Positions 49,777 through 59,739 of a stretch of DNA of 64,000 nt are shown here, piece after piece. The notes beneath the pieces were generated by a model that saw nothing but the letters and a program-made list of their open reading frames with translations, was not told the DNA's origin and searched no databases. Positions within the stretch are counted from its first letter, which is position 1, and every line of letters starts with the position of its first letter. The stretch is from positions 20,741 to 84,740 of IMG/VR virus record IMGVR_UViG_3300049846_001128. The stretch is one strand, 5' to 3'. The translations under genes and the position numbers were made by a program. This DNA is from a virus.

Positions 49777-49896
49777 GTATCTTCTCCATCTGTGCTGAGT
49801 ATAACTTATGACAAGCTAAAAAGCCAACAGAAAATCCAAGAAACATCGCAAAAAGCACTGTGGAAGTTGACCAACGACCATTTCTATCATAATTTC

Positions 49897-50130
49897 TCAA
49901 GCTAATGCCTTTTCTAGTTCAGTGGCTTTACGAAGAACCCAGCTAGTAGAATTAATAAGACACTCGCCGGTTTTTCTATTTGGGAGAAATCCTTCAACTT
50001 TACCATTAGTTCCTACAACTCTAGCGTAACGACTTTCGTCGCTTCCCTTCTCTAATTTATGACAATTACCTCCAGCAATAGGGTTAGTGAGAATGTAATA
50101 CTCGCCAAATTCAATTTCTTCCAAGCTCAA
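49897..50130 (-). CDS. Tag-family small protein
   Basis: ...IEFGEYY...KATELEKALA*. Confidence 0.7.
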   Translation of the reverse strand: MSLEEIEFGEYYILTNPIAGGNCHKLEKGSDESRYARVVGTNGKVEGFLPNRKTGECLINSTSWVLRKATELEKALA

Positions 50131-50348
50131 AGTAAAGCTCCTATTAAGTCTGTGTAAATGTAAATATTTTCCAAGTCATCGTTGTCAAAAGATATAGGTC
50201 CCGGCTTAACGACATTTATAGGAACTGAGCATTTTAAACAGGTGTAGTGTATTGTTATTTCATCAAGTACAGCGTCAACACGGAATACAATGAAATCCTT
50301 GCTCAACTCAGCAAAGTAAACTTTTCCCACTTCAAACTTATCAATCAT
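50127..50348 (-). CDS. Tag-family SH3-like small protein
   Basis: KFEVGKVY...IYTDLIGALL*. Confidence 0.75.
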   Translation of the reverse strand: MIDKFEVGKVYFAELSKDFIVFRVDAVLDEITIHYTCLKCSVPINVVKPGPISFDNDDLENIYIYTDLIGALL

Positions 50349-50382
50349 GTTTTACCTTTAGGTAAAAAAGCAGCTTTGAGAA

Positions 50383-50598
50383 TCAAAGTAGTGCCTTTTC
50401 TAACTCAGAAAGTTTAACAACCCATTCAGGGTCTAAGCTAACCCAAATCATAGTGCGAGTATCTTCACAAGGCTCACCCTTTTGATCGATGATTATCTTA
50501 GTTCTATAGTTATACTCTTCACTATCCCTTACAGCAATAACTATGGAAATTTGCTTACTTCCAACATGTCTAACAATATCACCAACTTTAAACTGCAC
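50383..50598 (-). CDS. Tag-family SH3-like small protein
   Basis: MQFKVGDIV...KLSELEKALL*. Confidence 0.75.
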   Translation of the reverse strand: MQFKVGDIVRHVGSKQISIVIAVRDSEEYNYRTKIIIDQKGEPCEDTRTMIWVSLDPEWVVKLSELEKALL

Positions 50599-51608
50599 TA
50601 TAAATCCCCTGCCGAGTCGCCTGAGAATTTTTCAGTAATAATTACTACTTTTCCATTCGGACTAACAACTTCTTTTACTAAATCATAAGTATGTGCTTTA
50701 TGCTTTTCCTCAGCCGACTTCATTTCTAACAGCTGATTGTAGTACATTTTAAAAGTGCTATACTCTTGTGTTGACATTTTCCTAAAGCCACGAGTTTCAA
50801 TGTCGTAAGCCAAAAGCTTGTTTTGCCCTCGCTTAACCTTATCAGCCTTATCAGCCTCGCGAATTTTACAATAACCCCAACCCATTACACTTATACCAGC
50901 TTCTTCTTCCAGACGCAATATAGGTCTATGAATCTGAATAATATCTGAGCAAATGTATTTAAACTGGCTACAACCAAGTACTGCATCAGAGTCGAGCGGA
51001 ACTTCACCCTTTTGTCCAGCGCCTTTATTAACCTGAGCCATTGCAATTCCAAAAGCATTAAGTTCTACAGCCATTTCTTTAAGGGAAATCATAATTGAGT
51101 TAAGAGTTGATGGATCGTTCTCACCGAGACAATGGATGTGGTCAATCGCAAAGGTTGCAACGTCACCAATCACCTCTCTATACTTCATAAGTTCTCTTTT
51201 AATCCAGCCCATTGACACTTCTCTGGATTTTCCCGTTTCGTCGTAGCGAGAAATTACGTAAAGTCTTTCCGAAACCTCGGGACAGTCTTCAGTTAACTTA
51301 AACCACCTTTGGGAAATCTTTTCGTCTGTCATTTCCAAGGAAACATAAACAGCACAAGACTTTGGATTATTCTTAAGAATTTCTTTGAAAAAACTTAACA
51401 CAACTTCTGACTTACCCACACCAGAGTCTCCCACAACTCCAAGAACTTCTTGCCTACTCCACTGGTTTCTCAAGCAGTCGAACTCTTTAGGACCATTAAC
51501 AAATAAGGCTGTGTTTAGCCCGCCAGTGACTTTTCCAGAGCGGCGTAAATCTGCCATTGACCGAACGCCCATCTGTTTTTTTCTCTTATCATCAAATGTC
51601 ATTTCCAT
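50598..51608 (-). CDS. DnaB-like (SF4) replicative helicase
   Basis: Walker A GDSGVGKS, 'YVSLEM', Walker B 'IDHIH', 'MAQVN', 'KIR'. Confidence 0.85.
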   Translation of the reverse strand: MEMTFDDKRKKQMGVRSMADLRRSGKVTGGLNTALFVNGPKEFDCLRNQWSRQEVLGVVGDSGVGKSEVVLSFFKEILKNNPKSCAVYVSLEMTDEKISQRWFKLTEDCPEVSERLYVISRYDETGKSREVSMGWIKRELMKYREVIGDVATFAIDHIHCLGENDPSTLNSIMISLKEMAVELNAFGIAMAQVNKGAGQKGEVPLDSDAVLGCSQFKYICSDIIQIHRPILRLEEEAGISVMGWGYCKIREADKADKVKRGQNKLLAYDIETRGFRKMSTQEYSTFKMYYNQLLEMKSAEEKHKAHTYDLVKEVVSPNGKVVIITEKFSGDSAGDL

Positions 51609-51618
51609 ATTTCTCCTG

Positions 51619-51861
51619 TTAATTTAATGCTGTAAGTAATTCTGATTTAATAATGTAACCTAAGTCTATCTCTTTTTTAAAAGAATCCGAGGGTCTAGAA
51701 AAACCATGTTCCGGTTTTACTACTTGATCGCCATAACAGTAACTAACTCTATTACCTTTTACTTGAAGTATAATTATAGTTTTAAAATTATTCAAAAGAT
51801 TACTACCGCTATCAATTTTCTTAGCTCTAATAAAAACATCGCCAACTTTAATCTCTGACAT
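51619..51861 (-). CDS. Tag-family SH3-like small protein
   Basis: MSEIKVGDVF...IKSELLTALN*. Confidence 0.7.
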   Translation of the reverse strand: MSEIKVGDVFIRAKKIDSGSNLLNNFKTIIILQVKGNRVSYCYGDQVVKPEHGFSRPSDSFKKEIDLGYIIKSELLTALN

Positions 51862-52078
51862 TTTCCACCCCGTAGAACAGTTTAACATTCTCCACTCTCT
51901 TTGTCAATTCCTTATCGTTAGGGTATTTCTCAAGGCAAAACCAATACGCTGCTAAAACTGGGCAGAAGGAACAAGCGCAGTACAAGGCTAAAGCGTTTGG
52001 TCCAGCTTCTTCATAAAGCTCAAGCACTTTCTCTTGATGAGCCAGTCTATAAGGGTTAACGTCAAAGGTTTTGTTCAA
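51848..52078 (-). CDS. Hypothetical protein
   Basis: GGAG RBS, TTG start. Confidence 0.5.
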   Translation of the reverse strand: MNKTFDVNPYRLAHQEKVLELYEEAGPNALALYCACSFCPVLAAYWFCLEKYPNDKELTKRVENVKLFYGVENVRD

Positions 52079-52095
52079 ACAAGAGTCTCCAAAAG

Positions 52096-52120
52096 AAAAA
52101 AAGGGAAGCTAACGCTTCCC
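52096..52120 (-). terminator. Rho-independent terminator
   Basis: - strand GGGAAGC-GTTA-GCTTCCC-TTTTTTT. Confidence 0.85.
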
Positions 52121-52144
52121 CTTAAATTAGCATTTAATTAGCTT

Positions 52145-52489
52145 TTAGTCAAGCTTAGCAGTGATTTCAAACTGAGAGTATTCAAACTTACCACCCGGTC
52201 CATGCTCTTCCAACTTCTGATCGTACTCTTCTTGCTGGATAATGCCGTTCTGAAGTTTACGGTTAAGAGAGTCTTCAGTTCTGGCTACGTAAAGCGTTTT
52301 ACCAGTCATGTCAACTCCGTCAATGGTAACTTTTACGTTCTTAGAAAGCTTAATAGCGTAAGTCTTTCTGCCTTTATCATCAAGCTTATACTTGCCTTGA
52401 ATTGGCTTTCCATCCTCATCAAACTCACTTTGCCAGATTAAGTTTCCAACAGTTCGGTAATTACTCTTCTTTTTTTTCTGCTGACTCAT
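52145..52489 (-). CDS. Possible single-stranded DNA-binding protein
   Basis: Beta-rich basic protein near the ERF gene, followed by a terminator. Confidence 0.35.
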   Translation of the reverse strand: MSQQKKKKSNYRTVGNLIWQSEFDEDGKPIQGKYKLDDKGRKTYAIKLSKNVKVTIDGVDMTGKTLYVARTEDSLNRKLQNGIIQQEEYDQKLEEHGPGGKFEYSQFEITAKLD

Positions 52490-52799
52490 TTACGTCTCCC
52501 TCTTGTTTTGGTTGTTGAATACTGTTTAAAATGCCTTCGATAGCTGCTTCTGTTCCAAGTGCCACAAGGCTGTCGCTAATACGTTTCCAAGTTGCCATTG
52601 CCACACGAAGCTCTGGCTCAGACTCATCGAAAGTAATGTCTTGAATTGGGTACTCACACATTGCTTCTAAAAGCCTATTCTTTTGTCCGTGTTTTAAAAG
52701 CCCAACAGAGGCTTTAAACTCTTGCTGGTCTTGTAGCAACCCTCCAAGAAGGTTTTGTGTTACTTCTTCACGAGAAATAACTTTTTGCTGGCTTTCCAT
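52461..52799 (-). CDS. Hypothetical protein
   Basis: Coupled ORF. Confidence 0.55.
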   Translation of the reverse strand: MESQQKVISREEVTQNLLGGLLQDQQEFKASVGLLKHGQKNRLLEAMCEYPIQDITFDESEPELRVAMATWKRISDSLVALGTEAAIEGILNSIQQPKQEGDVNESAEKKEE

Positions 52800-53425
52800 T
52801 ATAAATCTCCTGAAGGAATGTTAGCCGCAACCGCTGGAGCTGCGTTTTTACGGAATGAGCCTCTGTTAGCTGGTGCAGAAACTGCTTCAGCCTTTGTGGA
52901 AGTTACTGAAACCTGAATGTTGCCATTTCCTACCGCTGACTGAGAAGAAACTGGCTTGTGATTCTTTTCAAAATCACGAGATTCTTCCTCATCCGTAGAC
53001 TCAAGCAACAAGTTTTTTAAGTAAATGTACTTAACAGCCATTGAAGCAGCCTTTCCAACAGCTTTGTCGCTGGAGTCAAGAGCGTAAGCGTAGCCTTTTA
53101 CAGCAAAACGCTCATCTGGGTTGTCAATGTTAACAAAAGTAGCTTGAACAGTAACTTCTGCCAAGTAGCTAGTCTTTGTTTGTTGCTTTCCTTGATACTC
53201 AGAAACTGTCTCCATTGGAGTTAGCTTTGACTCAAGAATGTCAATTTCAACAAACAAGCCGTTGCGAACAAGTGGCATGTGAATTAGTCGAGTTACGTCG
53301 TCATGAGAAACTGCTGAGTAAGAGCGGTTTCCACCCATAGAAACTTCAGTGCCTTTAAACACAGAAGTAACTTCGTGCATAACTTGGTTAAGTCTTTGGT
53401 AAAGATTTTTAGTTGAGTTGCCCAT
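52799..53425 (-). CDS. ERF-family ssDNA annealing protein
   Basis: 'FVNIDNPDERF...ALDSSDKAVGKAASMAVKY.YLK.LL'. Confidence 0.8.
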   Translation of the reverse strand: MGNSTKNLYQRLNQVMHEVTSVFKGTEVSMGGNRSYSAVSHDDVTRLIHMPLVRNGLFVEIDILESKLTPMETVSEYQGKQQTKTSYLAEVTVQATFVNIDNPDERFAVKGYAYALDSSDKAVGKAASMAVKYIYLKNLLLESTDEEESRDFEKNHKPVSSQSAVGNGNIQVSVTSTKAEAVSAPANRGSFRKNAAPAVAANIPSGDL

Positions 53426-53627
53426 GAACTTCCTCCATTTCTTTAGTTAGTTTCTCATTTCTTGCCACATAATTGTCGCCAAACTTAATAATGTTTCTGC
53501 GAGAAGCTCTAAATCCAGCCATAGTAGGAACTACAATAAGACCTACTATGTAGCCAACTACCAAAAAAGGCACAGTGTAGAGAATGTAAGCACTTCCAAT
53601 AAACAATTCCTTTAACAGTTTTCCCAT
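53409..53627 (-). CDS. Small membrane protein
   Basis: Hydrophobic N-half. Confidence 0.5.
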   Translation of the reverse strand: MGKLLKELFIGSAYILYTVPFLVVGYIVGLIVVPTMAGFRASRRNIIKFGDNYVARNEKLTKEMEEVHGQLN

Positions 53628-53628
53628 C

Positions 53629-53880
53629 TTACACCCCCAAAAGAGTTAGTGCGCCCTCAAGAGCTTGCACGTTAGCAGCTTCCAAAGAGTCAGAGATAGC
53701 TGGGAAAGTGATTTTCTTCAAAATCGTCGGAGACTTGCCTTCAGCCGCTGGTCCAAAAATAACCAAGCTCAAAGTTGTAGCAGCCTTTCCAACTGGGGCA
53801 GAAGTAATTCCAAAACTAATGTCAAATCCACCTTGCTCAGGAATAAGTTTAGCGAGGCGTTTAGATAAATTCTTGTCCAT
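53629..53880 (-). CDS. Hypothetical protein
   Basis: AGGAG RBS. Confidence 0.55.
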   Translation of the reverse strand: MDKNLSKRLAKLIPEQGGFDISFGITSAPVGKAATTLSLVIFGPAAEGKSPTILKKITFPAISDSLEAANVQALEGALTLLGV

Positions 53881-53881
53881 T

Positions 53882-54217
53882 TTATTTCTCCTTTCTCAAA
53901 TGGTCTAAGTTATTTGCGTGTAACACTTTATCGAACAAAGTCATTTTAGCACGATGAGCAGCAATTGCATAGTCTTTTGTTGATAAATCTTCAATTTTCT
54001 CTACTTTCGCGGCTTTAGAAGCTGAATCGAAGGCAATTTCTACCAACTGGTAAGTTCCTTCTGCGTTTCGTACAACAGAAAAGCCAAAGCCGGGAAGGTT
54101 GCTTTCACTGGCTTCTTGCTTGGCTTCAACGCCTTGCATTTCCACAAGCTTTGCTTGGAGTTGCTCAATAATTGAGACAAGCTCCTTCTTGTTTTTTGAT
54201 TCTAAGTCTTTACTCAT
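53882..54217 (-). CDS. Hypothetical protein
   Basis: AAGGAG RBS. Confidence 0.55.
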   Translation of the reverse strand: MSKDLESKNKKELVSIIEQLQAKLVEMQGVEAKQEASESNLPGFGFSVVRNAEGTYQLVEIAFDSASKAAKVEKIEDLSTKDYAIAAHRAKMTLFDKVLHANNLDHLRKEK

Positions 54218-54230
54218 ATTTCTCCTTTGC

Positions 54231-54428
54231 TCAACTAAGAGCTTTTTCCAATTCTGTTGCTAAGCGAAATCTTGCTTGGTCGTACCAATCTGAAACTTCT
54301 ACAATAAAGACTGAATTAACTCCTACCAAACTTTCGACAGTGTATACATTACCAAGCTGTAAAGAAGGACTGTAGGCTCCTGTTGTTGGAATAACACAAA
54401 CCACTTTGTCACCGCTTTTGAAGTCCAC
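54231..54428 (-). CDS. Tag-family SH3-like small protein
   Basis: (GTG)DFKSGDKVVC...LATELEKALS*; paralog of 40968..41156. Confidence 0.75.
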   Translation of the reverse strand: MDFKSGDKVVCVIPTTGAYSPSLQLGNVYTVESLVGVNSVFIVEVSDWYDQARFRLATELEKALS

Positions 54429-55398
54429 TCGAATCTCCTCTCCAGCATAAATTAAAGAACTCACAAGGCTTTCCAAAGAAATGGCACTCTTTTGGAGAGC
54501 TTTTCTTCTGGAATTTCCTCTCGGCTATATTATGCAACACTTCATCAATTTCTGCAAATATTATTTCTTTTAAATCGTCATAAGTTTCATCTTTTAAGAT
54601 TTGCGTTCTAATCCTTGGCTCTTTGATTCTAATTTTCTTCTCCAGAACAATGTAAGAAGCTCTAGGAATATCTTCTGCTTCGCAGTAAATGTTAAGCTGA
54701 GGAGAGCGAGACACACTGTTTTCAGGGTAGGCTTTTGAGCTTGTTTTAAGATCGCAGACGAATTGAAGCTCAGGAGCGTCCGTAAAACTTGCAATAAAGT
54801 CAATTTTCCCATTTAACTCATCTCCGGCAGAGTTTGTCAACTGAATTTCTTTCTGAATGGCGTAAACCTTATGAATTTGTGGCAAAATGTCTGTCTCAAA
54901 AGCCTTTAGAAGCAATTCTCCCTTTCGGTAAAGGCTTAGCCAGTTTAGCTGGTTAAAAACAATCCTCGTCGATTCTGACAATGGTTTGTCGGCTTGAATT
55001 GCTTTGTTAGTCCTTTCCCAGAAGTCAAAGAAGTCAGAAATTCCGGGGTTTTGCCTTTGTAAATGAAGCAAGTCTTCGGCTTTTAAAATGCTCGGCTCAA
55101 AGTCTGATGCAAAATAGTCGCACAAAGGGTTTCTTTCCAGCAAAACTCCGTTCTGTTCGCGCATAGTTTTGTCGAAAACGGAATAAGCGTCGTCGGTCAG
55201 CATTAAAGAAAGCTCTCGCTCGGTTAGTTCTTCTTTCTTTTTAAGAAGGAAAAGCTCAACAGCGTTATCAATAGCAGTTCCAAAGAATAATGGAGAGTTG
55301 ATTAAAACGCCAGACAAACGCTCTTCTGAGTAAAGCCTGTAGGATTCAGAGCATTGCTTGTAGCGTTCAATTCTTGAGTGAGATATTTTTAAGGTCAA
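54409..55398 (-). CDS. PD-(D/E)XK (Cas4/RecB-like) exonuclease
   Basis: 'SHSRIERYKQC', 'GKIDF...DLKTS', 'QLNIY', C-terminal 'C...PCEF..LC'. Confidence 0.85.
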   Translation of the reverse strand: MTLKISHSRIERYKQCSESYRLYSEERLSGVLINSPLFFGTAIDNAVELFLLKKKEELTERELSLMLTDDAYSVFDKTMREQNGVLLERNPLCDYFASDFEPSILKAEDLLHLQRQNPGISDFFDFWERTNKAIQADKPLSESTRIVFNQLNWLSLYRKGELLLKAFETDILPQIHKVYAIQKEIQLTNSAGDELNGKIDFIASFTDAPELQFVCDLKTSSKAYPENSVSRSPQLNIYCEAEDIPRASYIVLEKKIRIKEPRIRTQILKDETYDDLKEIIFAEIDEVLHNIAERKFQKKSSPKECHFFGKPCEFFNLCWRGDSSGLQKR

Positions 55399-55625
55399 AT
55401 TAAAGCCTTTTCAAGATCAGTTAATTTGTGAAAAGAGTTCTGTATTTTTGTAAATTCATTTTCACTTAGTATAAATTTTTTAGGTCTTAAGTCATTCTGC
55501 CATTCGTATTCTATAATAGAGCTTGTTTTGCTAACAACAATTGCATAATGTTCACGATTGCTGCTGTAAAACATATCTCCAACTTTTATCTGGCTGAATC
55601 TGACATTTAACTCCAGCTTATCCAT
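55395..55625 (-). CDS. Tag-family SH3-like small protein
   Basis: IKVGDMF...KLTDLEKALI*. Confidence 0.75.
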   Translation of the reverse strand: MDKLELNVRFSQIKVGDMFYSSNREHYAIVVSKTSSIIEYEWQNDLRPKKFILSENEFTKIQNSFHKLTDLEKALI

Positions 55626-55972
55626 TCTCCAACCTCTCTTGTGTCAAAGTCTACCAAAAAGGCATATTTCTTGCTTTCTAGTAATTTGAATTTATAGGTA
55701 AAAGCTCCGTCCGTCAAGTAAAAGTAGCTTTTTTCTCCAATATTTTCCAAGCCAACTACAGTCAGTTTTTTAATCTTGGCTTTTTGTGACCGACGAAGCT
55801 TTCTGTTGAACTCTGTGACACTGTGCATTACAGACTTCTCGAAAAAATCACCAAGGGCAAAACTTTTTGCAAGCCAAGTAGGAATTTTATCAATGCCAAT
55901 GGATTGTTCTAGCTTGTGCTTAAAAATCACTTGGAAAATCCTAAAATAGTTGTTAAAACCCAAACGTACCAA
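55607..55972 (-). CDS. Hypothetical protein (start uncertain)
   Basis: ORF track. Confidence 0.45.
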   Translation of the reverse strand: MVRLGFNNYFRIFQVIFKHKLEQSIGIDKIPTWLAKSFALGDFFEKSVMHSVTEFNRKLRRSQKAKIKKLTVVGLENIGEKSYFYLTDGAFTYKFKLLESKKYAFLVDFDTREVGEWISWS

Positions 55973-56024
55973 GGGTAATTTATTTTGTCAAAAAGCATAC
56001 AACATAGAAGAACTAAATAAAGCA

Positions 56025-56210
56025 TTATAACTCCTTGACTTTGCTAGCGTCAATCATCAGTTGCAAAGTTCCGTTAATAACTTCTCCGTTAGCTAAGCTT
56101 AACACATCTTGCAGAGCTTGTCTATAGCCTTCGTTGTAAATGTCAATTACATCTTGGCGAGTGTATGGAAGAGAGTATTGGTATTTGTCGGCAAGTTCTT
56201 CAGCTTTCAC
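56025..56210 (-). CDS. Hypothetical protein
   Basis: GTGA-coupled to tag gene (MKAEELADKY...). Confidence 0.5.
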   Translation of the reverse strand: MKAEELADKYQYSLPYTRQDVIDIYNEGYRQALQDVLSLANGEVINGTLQLMIDASKVKEL

Positions 56211-56428
56211 ATTAAAGCCTTTATTAATTCTGTTGGCTCTGCTAATTCTTCTTCGTAAGCACAACCGTAGGCAATTTTATCATACTTATGTTTTAAATCA
56301 TACAAATAAGTTTGTCTAATTTTTGAAATAAGTACAACTTGCATAAGTTTTCCTATACAGTCTTTGTAAATTCCCGACTTACGGTTGCTAGTTATTAAAA
56401 CCCAGTCTCCTATTTGGAACTTACTCAC
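56207..56428 (-). CDS. Tag-family SH3-like small protein
   Basis: MSKFQIGDWV...EPTELIKALM*. Confidence 0.75.
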   Translation of the reverse strand: MSKFQIGDWVLITSNRKSGIYKDCIGKLMQVVLISKIRQTYLYDLKHKYDKIAYGCAYEEELAEPTELIKALM

Positions 56429-56544
56429 CTAGTCTGTCCCTGCTCTGGAATTTGTTTTTCTTGCTGCTTAACTGGAACTTCCTGTAGAGAAGAGCAAGAG
56501 CTTGAGATTAAAAATGCAAGAGCTAGAATAATTGGAATAATCAT
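56425..56544 (-). CDS. 39-aa probable lipoprotein (not in ORF track)
   Basis: AGGAG RBS; MIIPIILALAFLISSSC-SSLQEVP... Confidence 0.5.
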   Translation of the reverse strand: MIIPIILALAFLISSSCSSLQEVPVKQQEKQIPEQGQTR

Positions 56545-56554
56545 AAATTCTCCT

Positions 56555-58264
56555 TTAACCTTCACAGGCAGCGCATTGGTCTTTTGTATAATCGCTAACA
56601 GTTCCTTTTAAAACTGTCTCACTTCTTAAGTAGTATAGCCCTTTTAATCCTTTTTGCCAAGCCTCTAAATGCACTTCGTTAATATATTTTGTCGAACTTC
56701 CAGAAGTAAAGAAAAGATTAATACTCTGGCTTTGGTCAATAAACTTCTGACGCTGTGCAGCCTGATTAATAATGGCAAACTGGTTTATTTCCCTAGCCGT
56801 TTTAAAGATTTCCTTCTCTTCGCTGGTTAAGAATTTTAAGCCTTGTACTGAGCCTTGAGCCTTAATAATTTCGTCCCAAACTTCCACCGTGTTCTTACCT
56901 TTCATTTCAAGCAAAAGCTCAAGCTGTTTATTCTTGCGAATGAAAACACCCTTGGCTCCTTTAAGAGCGTAGGCGTTTGAAGTCATTGGCTCGATTGAAG
57001 CTGAATCCCCGCCACAAATAGCGGCGTTGCTAACCGTTGGCGCAAGAGCCATTGTGTGAGTGTTTCGCATTCCAAAGCCTTTGCACCATTCAGGCTCTCC
57101 AAACTCCTTAGCCATGTTTCGACTGGCTTTATAGCTTTCTTCTTTAATGAATTTAAAAATCTGAGCGTTAAGCATCATTGATTGGAACGAGTCAAAAGCA
57201 AAACCCTTGCTTTGAAGCAAAGAGTGCCAGCCCATAACTCCTAACCCAAGCATCCTTGACTTAACTGCAAATCTTACCGAAGCCTCGAAGCCTTCAATAA
57301 ACTGCGCTCTGTCAATAAACTCTTGCAAAACTCCGTCCAGAAACCAAGTGGCAAGTTCTGGGAGTGTCATACCGTTTCCAAAAACATAACTTTTCCACTC
57401 TTTCCACTTAGCCAGAGCCAATGAAGAAAGGCAACAGACAAAAGTGTGGTCTTTGTCAGTGTGTGCCACAATTTCGTTGCAAATGTTGCTCGTTTTAACG
57501 CTCAAGCCGTTTGCAGCGTAGCAAGGCGGGTTTTGATTGTTAACATTGTCAGTAAACAAAAGATAAGGCTCACCAAGCTCAACTCTGGCTTGTAGAAGCT
57601 TTTTCCAGCGGTTTCTAAGGATTGTGTCGCCGCCAATAATAGCCTTCATTTCTTCGTCAGTAATTGTTACAGCGTTGTGAATGTAGTTAACTCGTCGATT
57701 AACGTCACCAGTGGCTCTTCTAATGTCAATAAACTCATCAGCGTCTTTGTGACCAAAAGGTAAGTATAAAGCCGAGGCTCCTTTCCTAACGCCTCCCTGA
57801 CTCACAGCCAGCGTTGTAGCGTCAAAGCACTTAGCCCATGGTACAATTCCTTCAGACTTACCGTTGCCACTAATTCCATCCCCTCTTCCGCGAATATCTC
57901 CGAGGTAAATACCAACTCCCCCGCCATTCTTAGAAAGCATTGCAAGCTCGTGCTGCTTCTTAAAAATTCCAGAAACTGAATCTTCACAATGGTTTGAAAA
58001 ACAAGAAATCGGCAAGCCTCTAGTCGTTCCCATGTTGCTCAACACTGGAGAAGCTCCACCAAGCCAGCCTTTCCAAAACATTTCAAAGAAGTATGGCGCA
58101 AGTTCGGGCTTTTTTAGCCTAGCCGCAGAAGCCTCAGAAACTCGTTTCCACATAACTCTGGGAGTTTCGTTTTCGATTAAATAGCCGTTTGAAAGAATGG
58201 AAAAGCTTTCCTCTCCCATCCAAGCCGGAGCCTCGTCTTTTTCTTTAAGCTGTTCTAAAGTCAT
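56555..58264 (-). CDS. nrdA: Ribonucleotide reductase class Ia alpha subunit
   Basis: 'PISCF', 'GGGVG', 'SNICNE', 'APTVS', 'KGLYY', C-terminal CAAC. Confidence 0.95.
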   Translation of the reverse strand: MTLEQLKEKDEAPAWMGEESFSILSNGYLIENETPRVMWKRVSEASAARLKKPELAPYFFEMFWKGWLGGASPVLSNMGTTRGLPISCFSNHCEDSVSGIFKKQHELAMLSKNGGGVGIYLGDIRGRGDGISGNGKSEGIVPWAKCFDATTLAVSQGGVRKGASALYLPFGHKDADEFIDIRRATGDVNRRVNYIHNAVTITDEEMKAIIGGDTILRNRWKKLLQARVELGEPYLLFTDNVNNQNPPCYAANGLSVKTSNICNEIVAHTDKDHTFVCCLSSLALAKWKEWKSYVFGNGMTLPELATWFLDGVLQEFIDRAQFIEGFEASVRFAVKSRMLGLGVMGWHSLLQSKGFAFDSFQSMMLNAQIFKFIKEESYKASRNMAKEFGEPEWCKGFGMRNTHTMALAPTVSNAAICGGDSASIEPMTSNAYALKGAKGVFIRKNKQLELLLEMKGKNTVEVWDEIIKAQGSVQGLKFLTSEEKEIFKTAREINQFAIINQAAQRQKFIDQSQSINLFFTSGSSTKYINEVHLEAWQKGLKGLYYLRSETVLKGTVSDYTKDQCAACEG

Positions 58265-58266
58265 AA

Positions 58267-59229
58267 TTACTCCCACATTTTATCCCAGTCTAAATTACCT
58301 TTAGAATAATTCGTTTCTCTTTGAGCGAAAAAGTCTTGCTGAGTAGAGCCTTCCGTCATAACCGTAAACCATTGTAGCCTGTCTAAAGCCTCTTTGTCAA
58401 GGTTTTTCCAGTTAGACTTTAGCCCCAGCTCTTGAAGCTTAATGTTGGCTCGGTTTCTAATAAAGTTCTTCATTTCGTGCAGCGTTAATCCCTGAACGTC
58501 CCCGTCTTTGAAAGCGTTTTCCAAGAAAGCGTCTTCCAGCTCAATTGTTAGTCTTGCAGCCTCGTAAATGTCTTTCTTAAACTCGTCGGTGAAAATCTCT
58601 GGGTTTTCTTTAACGATAACTCGGAAAAGCTCACAGCCAGCTTTTGAATGCAAATCTTCATCAAGGCAAGACCAAGCGATAATTTGCCCCATTCCTTTCA
58701 TCTTGTTAAACCGGCTAAAGTTTAAAAGCACAGCAAAGCTTGAGAAAAGAGCAACTCCCTCGTTAAAAGCGGAAAAAATTGCAATAGCTTTCGCAGTGTC
58801 GGCAATTGTTTTAGCCTTGACATTCATAAGTCGATCAATCTTGGCTTTTACCGTTGGCTCGTGAAGAAATGCTTCGTAATCCTCAAGACCTAGCGATTGG
58901 TCAAGGTAGCTGTAACCATTGGCGTGAATCGCTTCAAAAGCGGCAAAAGTGGCAAACATCATTTGAAGTTCTGGCTTTTTTACTTGCTTGAGTAATCTTC
59001 CAGACCAAAAGTCATTGCCAATAAACACCTCAGTCTGAGTAAATCCTTTCAAGATTGAGCCAATTAAGTGCTTTTCTTTTTCGGTAAGGTTTACTTTCCA
59101 GTCATTAATGTCAGAAGCCATACTAACTTCTGTGTGAATCCAGTGAGATTGATTGGCTTTTAGCCAGTATTCATGGAACTGAGGATACTCGAACGGCATA
59201 AAAGCCGCTCTAGGCTTGAAAATTGACAT
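58267..59229 (-). CDS. nrdB: Ribonucleotide reductase class Ia beta subunit
   Basis: 'EAIHANGYS', 'EGVALFSSF', 'DEDLH', 'DFF..RETNY'. Confidence 0.95.
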   Translation of the reverse strand: MSIFKPRAAFMPFEYPQFHEYWLKANQSHWIHTEVSMASDINDWKVNLTEKEKHLIGSILKGFTQTEVFIGNDFWSGRLLKQVKKPELQMMFATFAAFEAIHANGYSYLDQSLGLEDYEAFLHEPTVKAKIDRLMNVKAKTIADTAKAIAIFSAFNEGVALFSSFAVLLNFSRFNKMKGMGQIIAWSCLDEDLHSKAGCELFRVIVKENPEIFTDEFKKDIYEAARLTIELEDAFLENAFKDGDVQGLTLHEMKNFIRNRANIKLQELGLKSNWKNLDKEALDRLQWFTVMTEGSTQQDFFAQRETNYSKGNLDWDKMWE

Positions 59230-59236
59230 ATCCCTC

Positions 59237-59512
59237 CTATTCTAAAGCTTTTTCCAACTCTGTCTCTTTTACCACTCTCACTATTTTATCAGGGTTTTTA
59301 TAATTTTCAATCTTTTTTAGCACTTCCTTTAACGATTCCAATGACTTTTGTTTACAATCTCTGTGGACATATACCTGAACACTTAACCAATTATAAGTGT
59401 AAAAGCTCGTCGGATTAAGGTCCAAATAAGCTGGAACAGGAATAAACCCAAGCAAAAGCCTTTGATAGCCATAAGTTCCATCTCCAAACTGGACAATTCT
59501 TCCTTTTTTCAC
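59237..59512 (-). CDS. Tag-bearing protein with non-KVGD domain
   Basis: (GTG)KKGRIVQF...VKETELEKALE*. Confidence 0.6.
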   Translation of the reverse strand: MKKGRIVQFGDGTYGYQRLLLGFIPVPAYLDLNPTSFYTYNWLSVQVYVHRDCKQKSLESLKEVLKKIENYKNPDKIVRVVKETELEKALE

Positions 59513-59739
59513 AGCAGTGCCTTTGTTAAGTCTGTAAGCCTTGACCAGCCCCATTTGTTGAAGTTTTCTTCTGTGGCAGAAGTTATAGCTATCGTGCTTG
59601 GGTTTTGTGGACTCCACTTCGCTTCTCGAATGCTTTCCCATTTATAGGCGATAAACCCATCCCTCACAGAAACAACAGTGGCTACAAAATCCCTGCCTGA
59701 GTTAAACCATTGGTCGCCAACTTGTATTTTCCAACTCAT
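59509..59739 (-). CDS. Tag-family SH3-like small protein
   Basis: IQVGDQW...RLTDLTKALL*. Confidence 0.75.
   Translation of the reverse strand: MSWKIQVGDQWFNSGRDFVATVVSVRDGFIAYKWESIREAKWSPQNPSTIAITSATEENFNKWGWSRLTDLTKALL

Noticed and set aside
54409-55398. Cas4 as part of a CRISPR system
   Set aside because: No array or other cas genes; context is phage recombination (near ERF)
55963-55991. TTGACA-N17-TACGTT possible promoter
   Set aside because: Lies inside a plausible short coupled ORF and the -10 is weak
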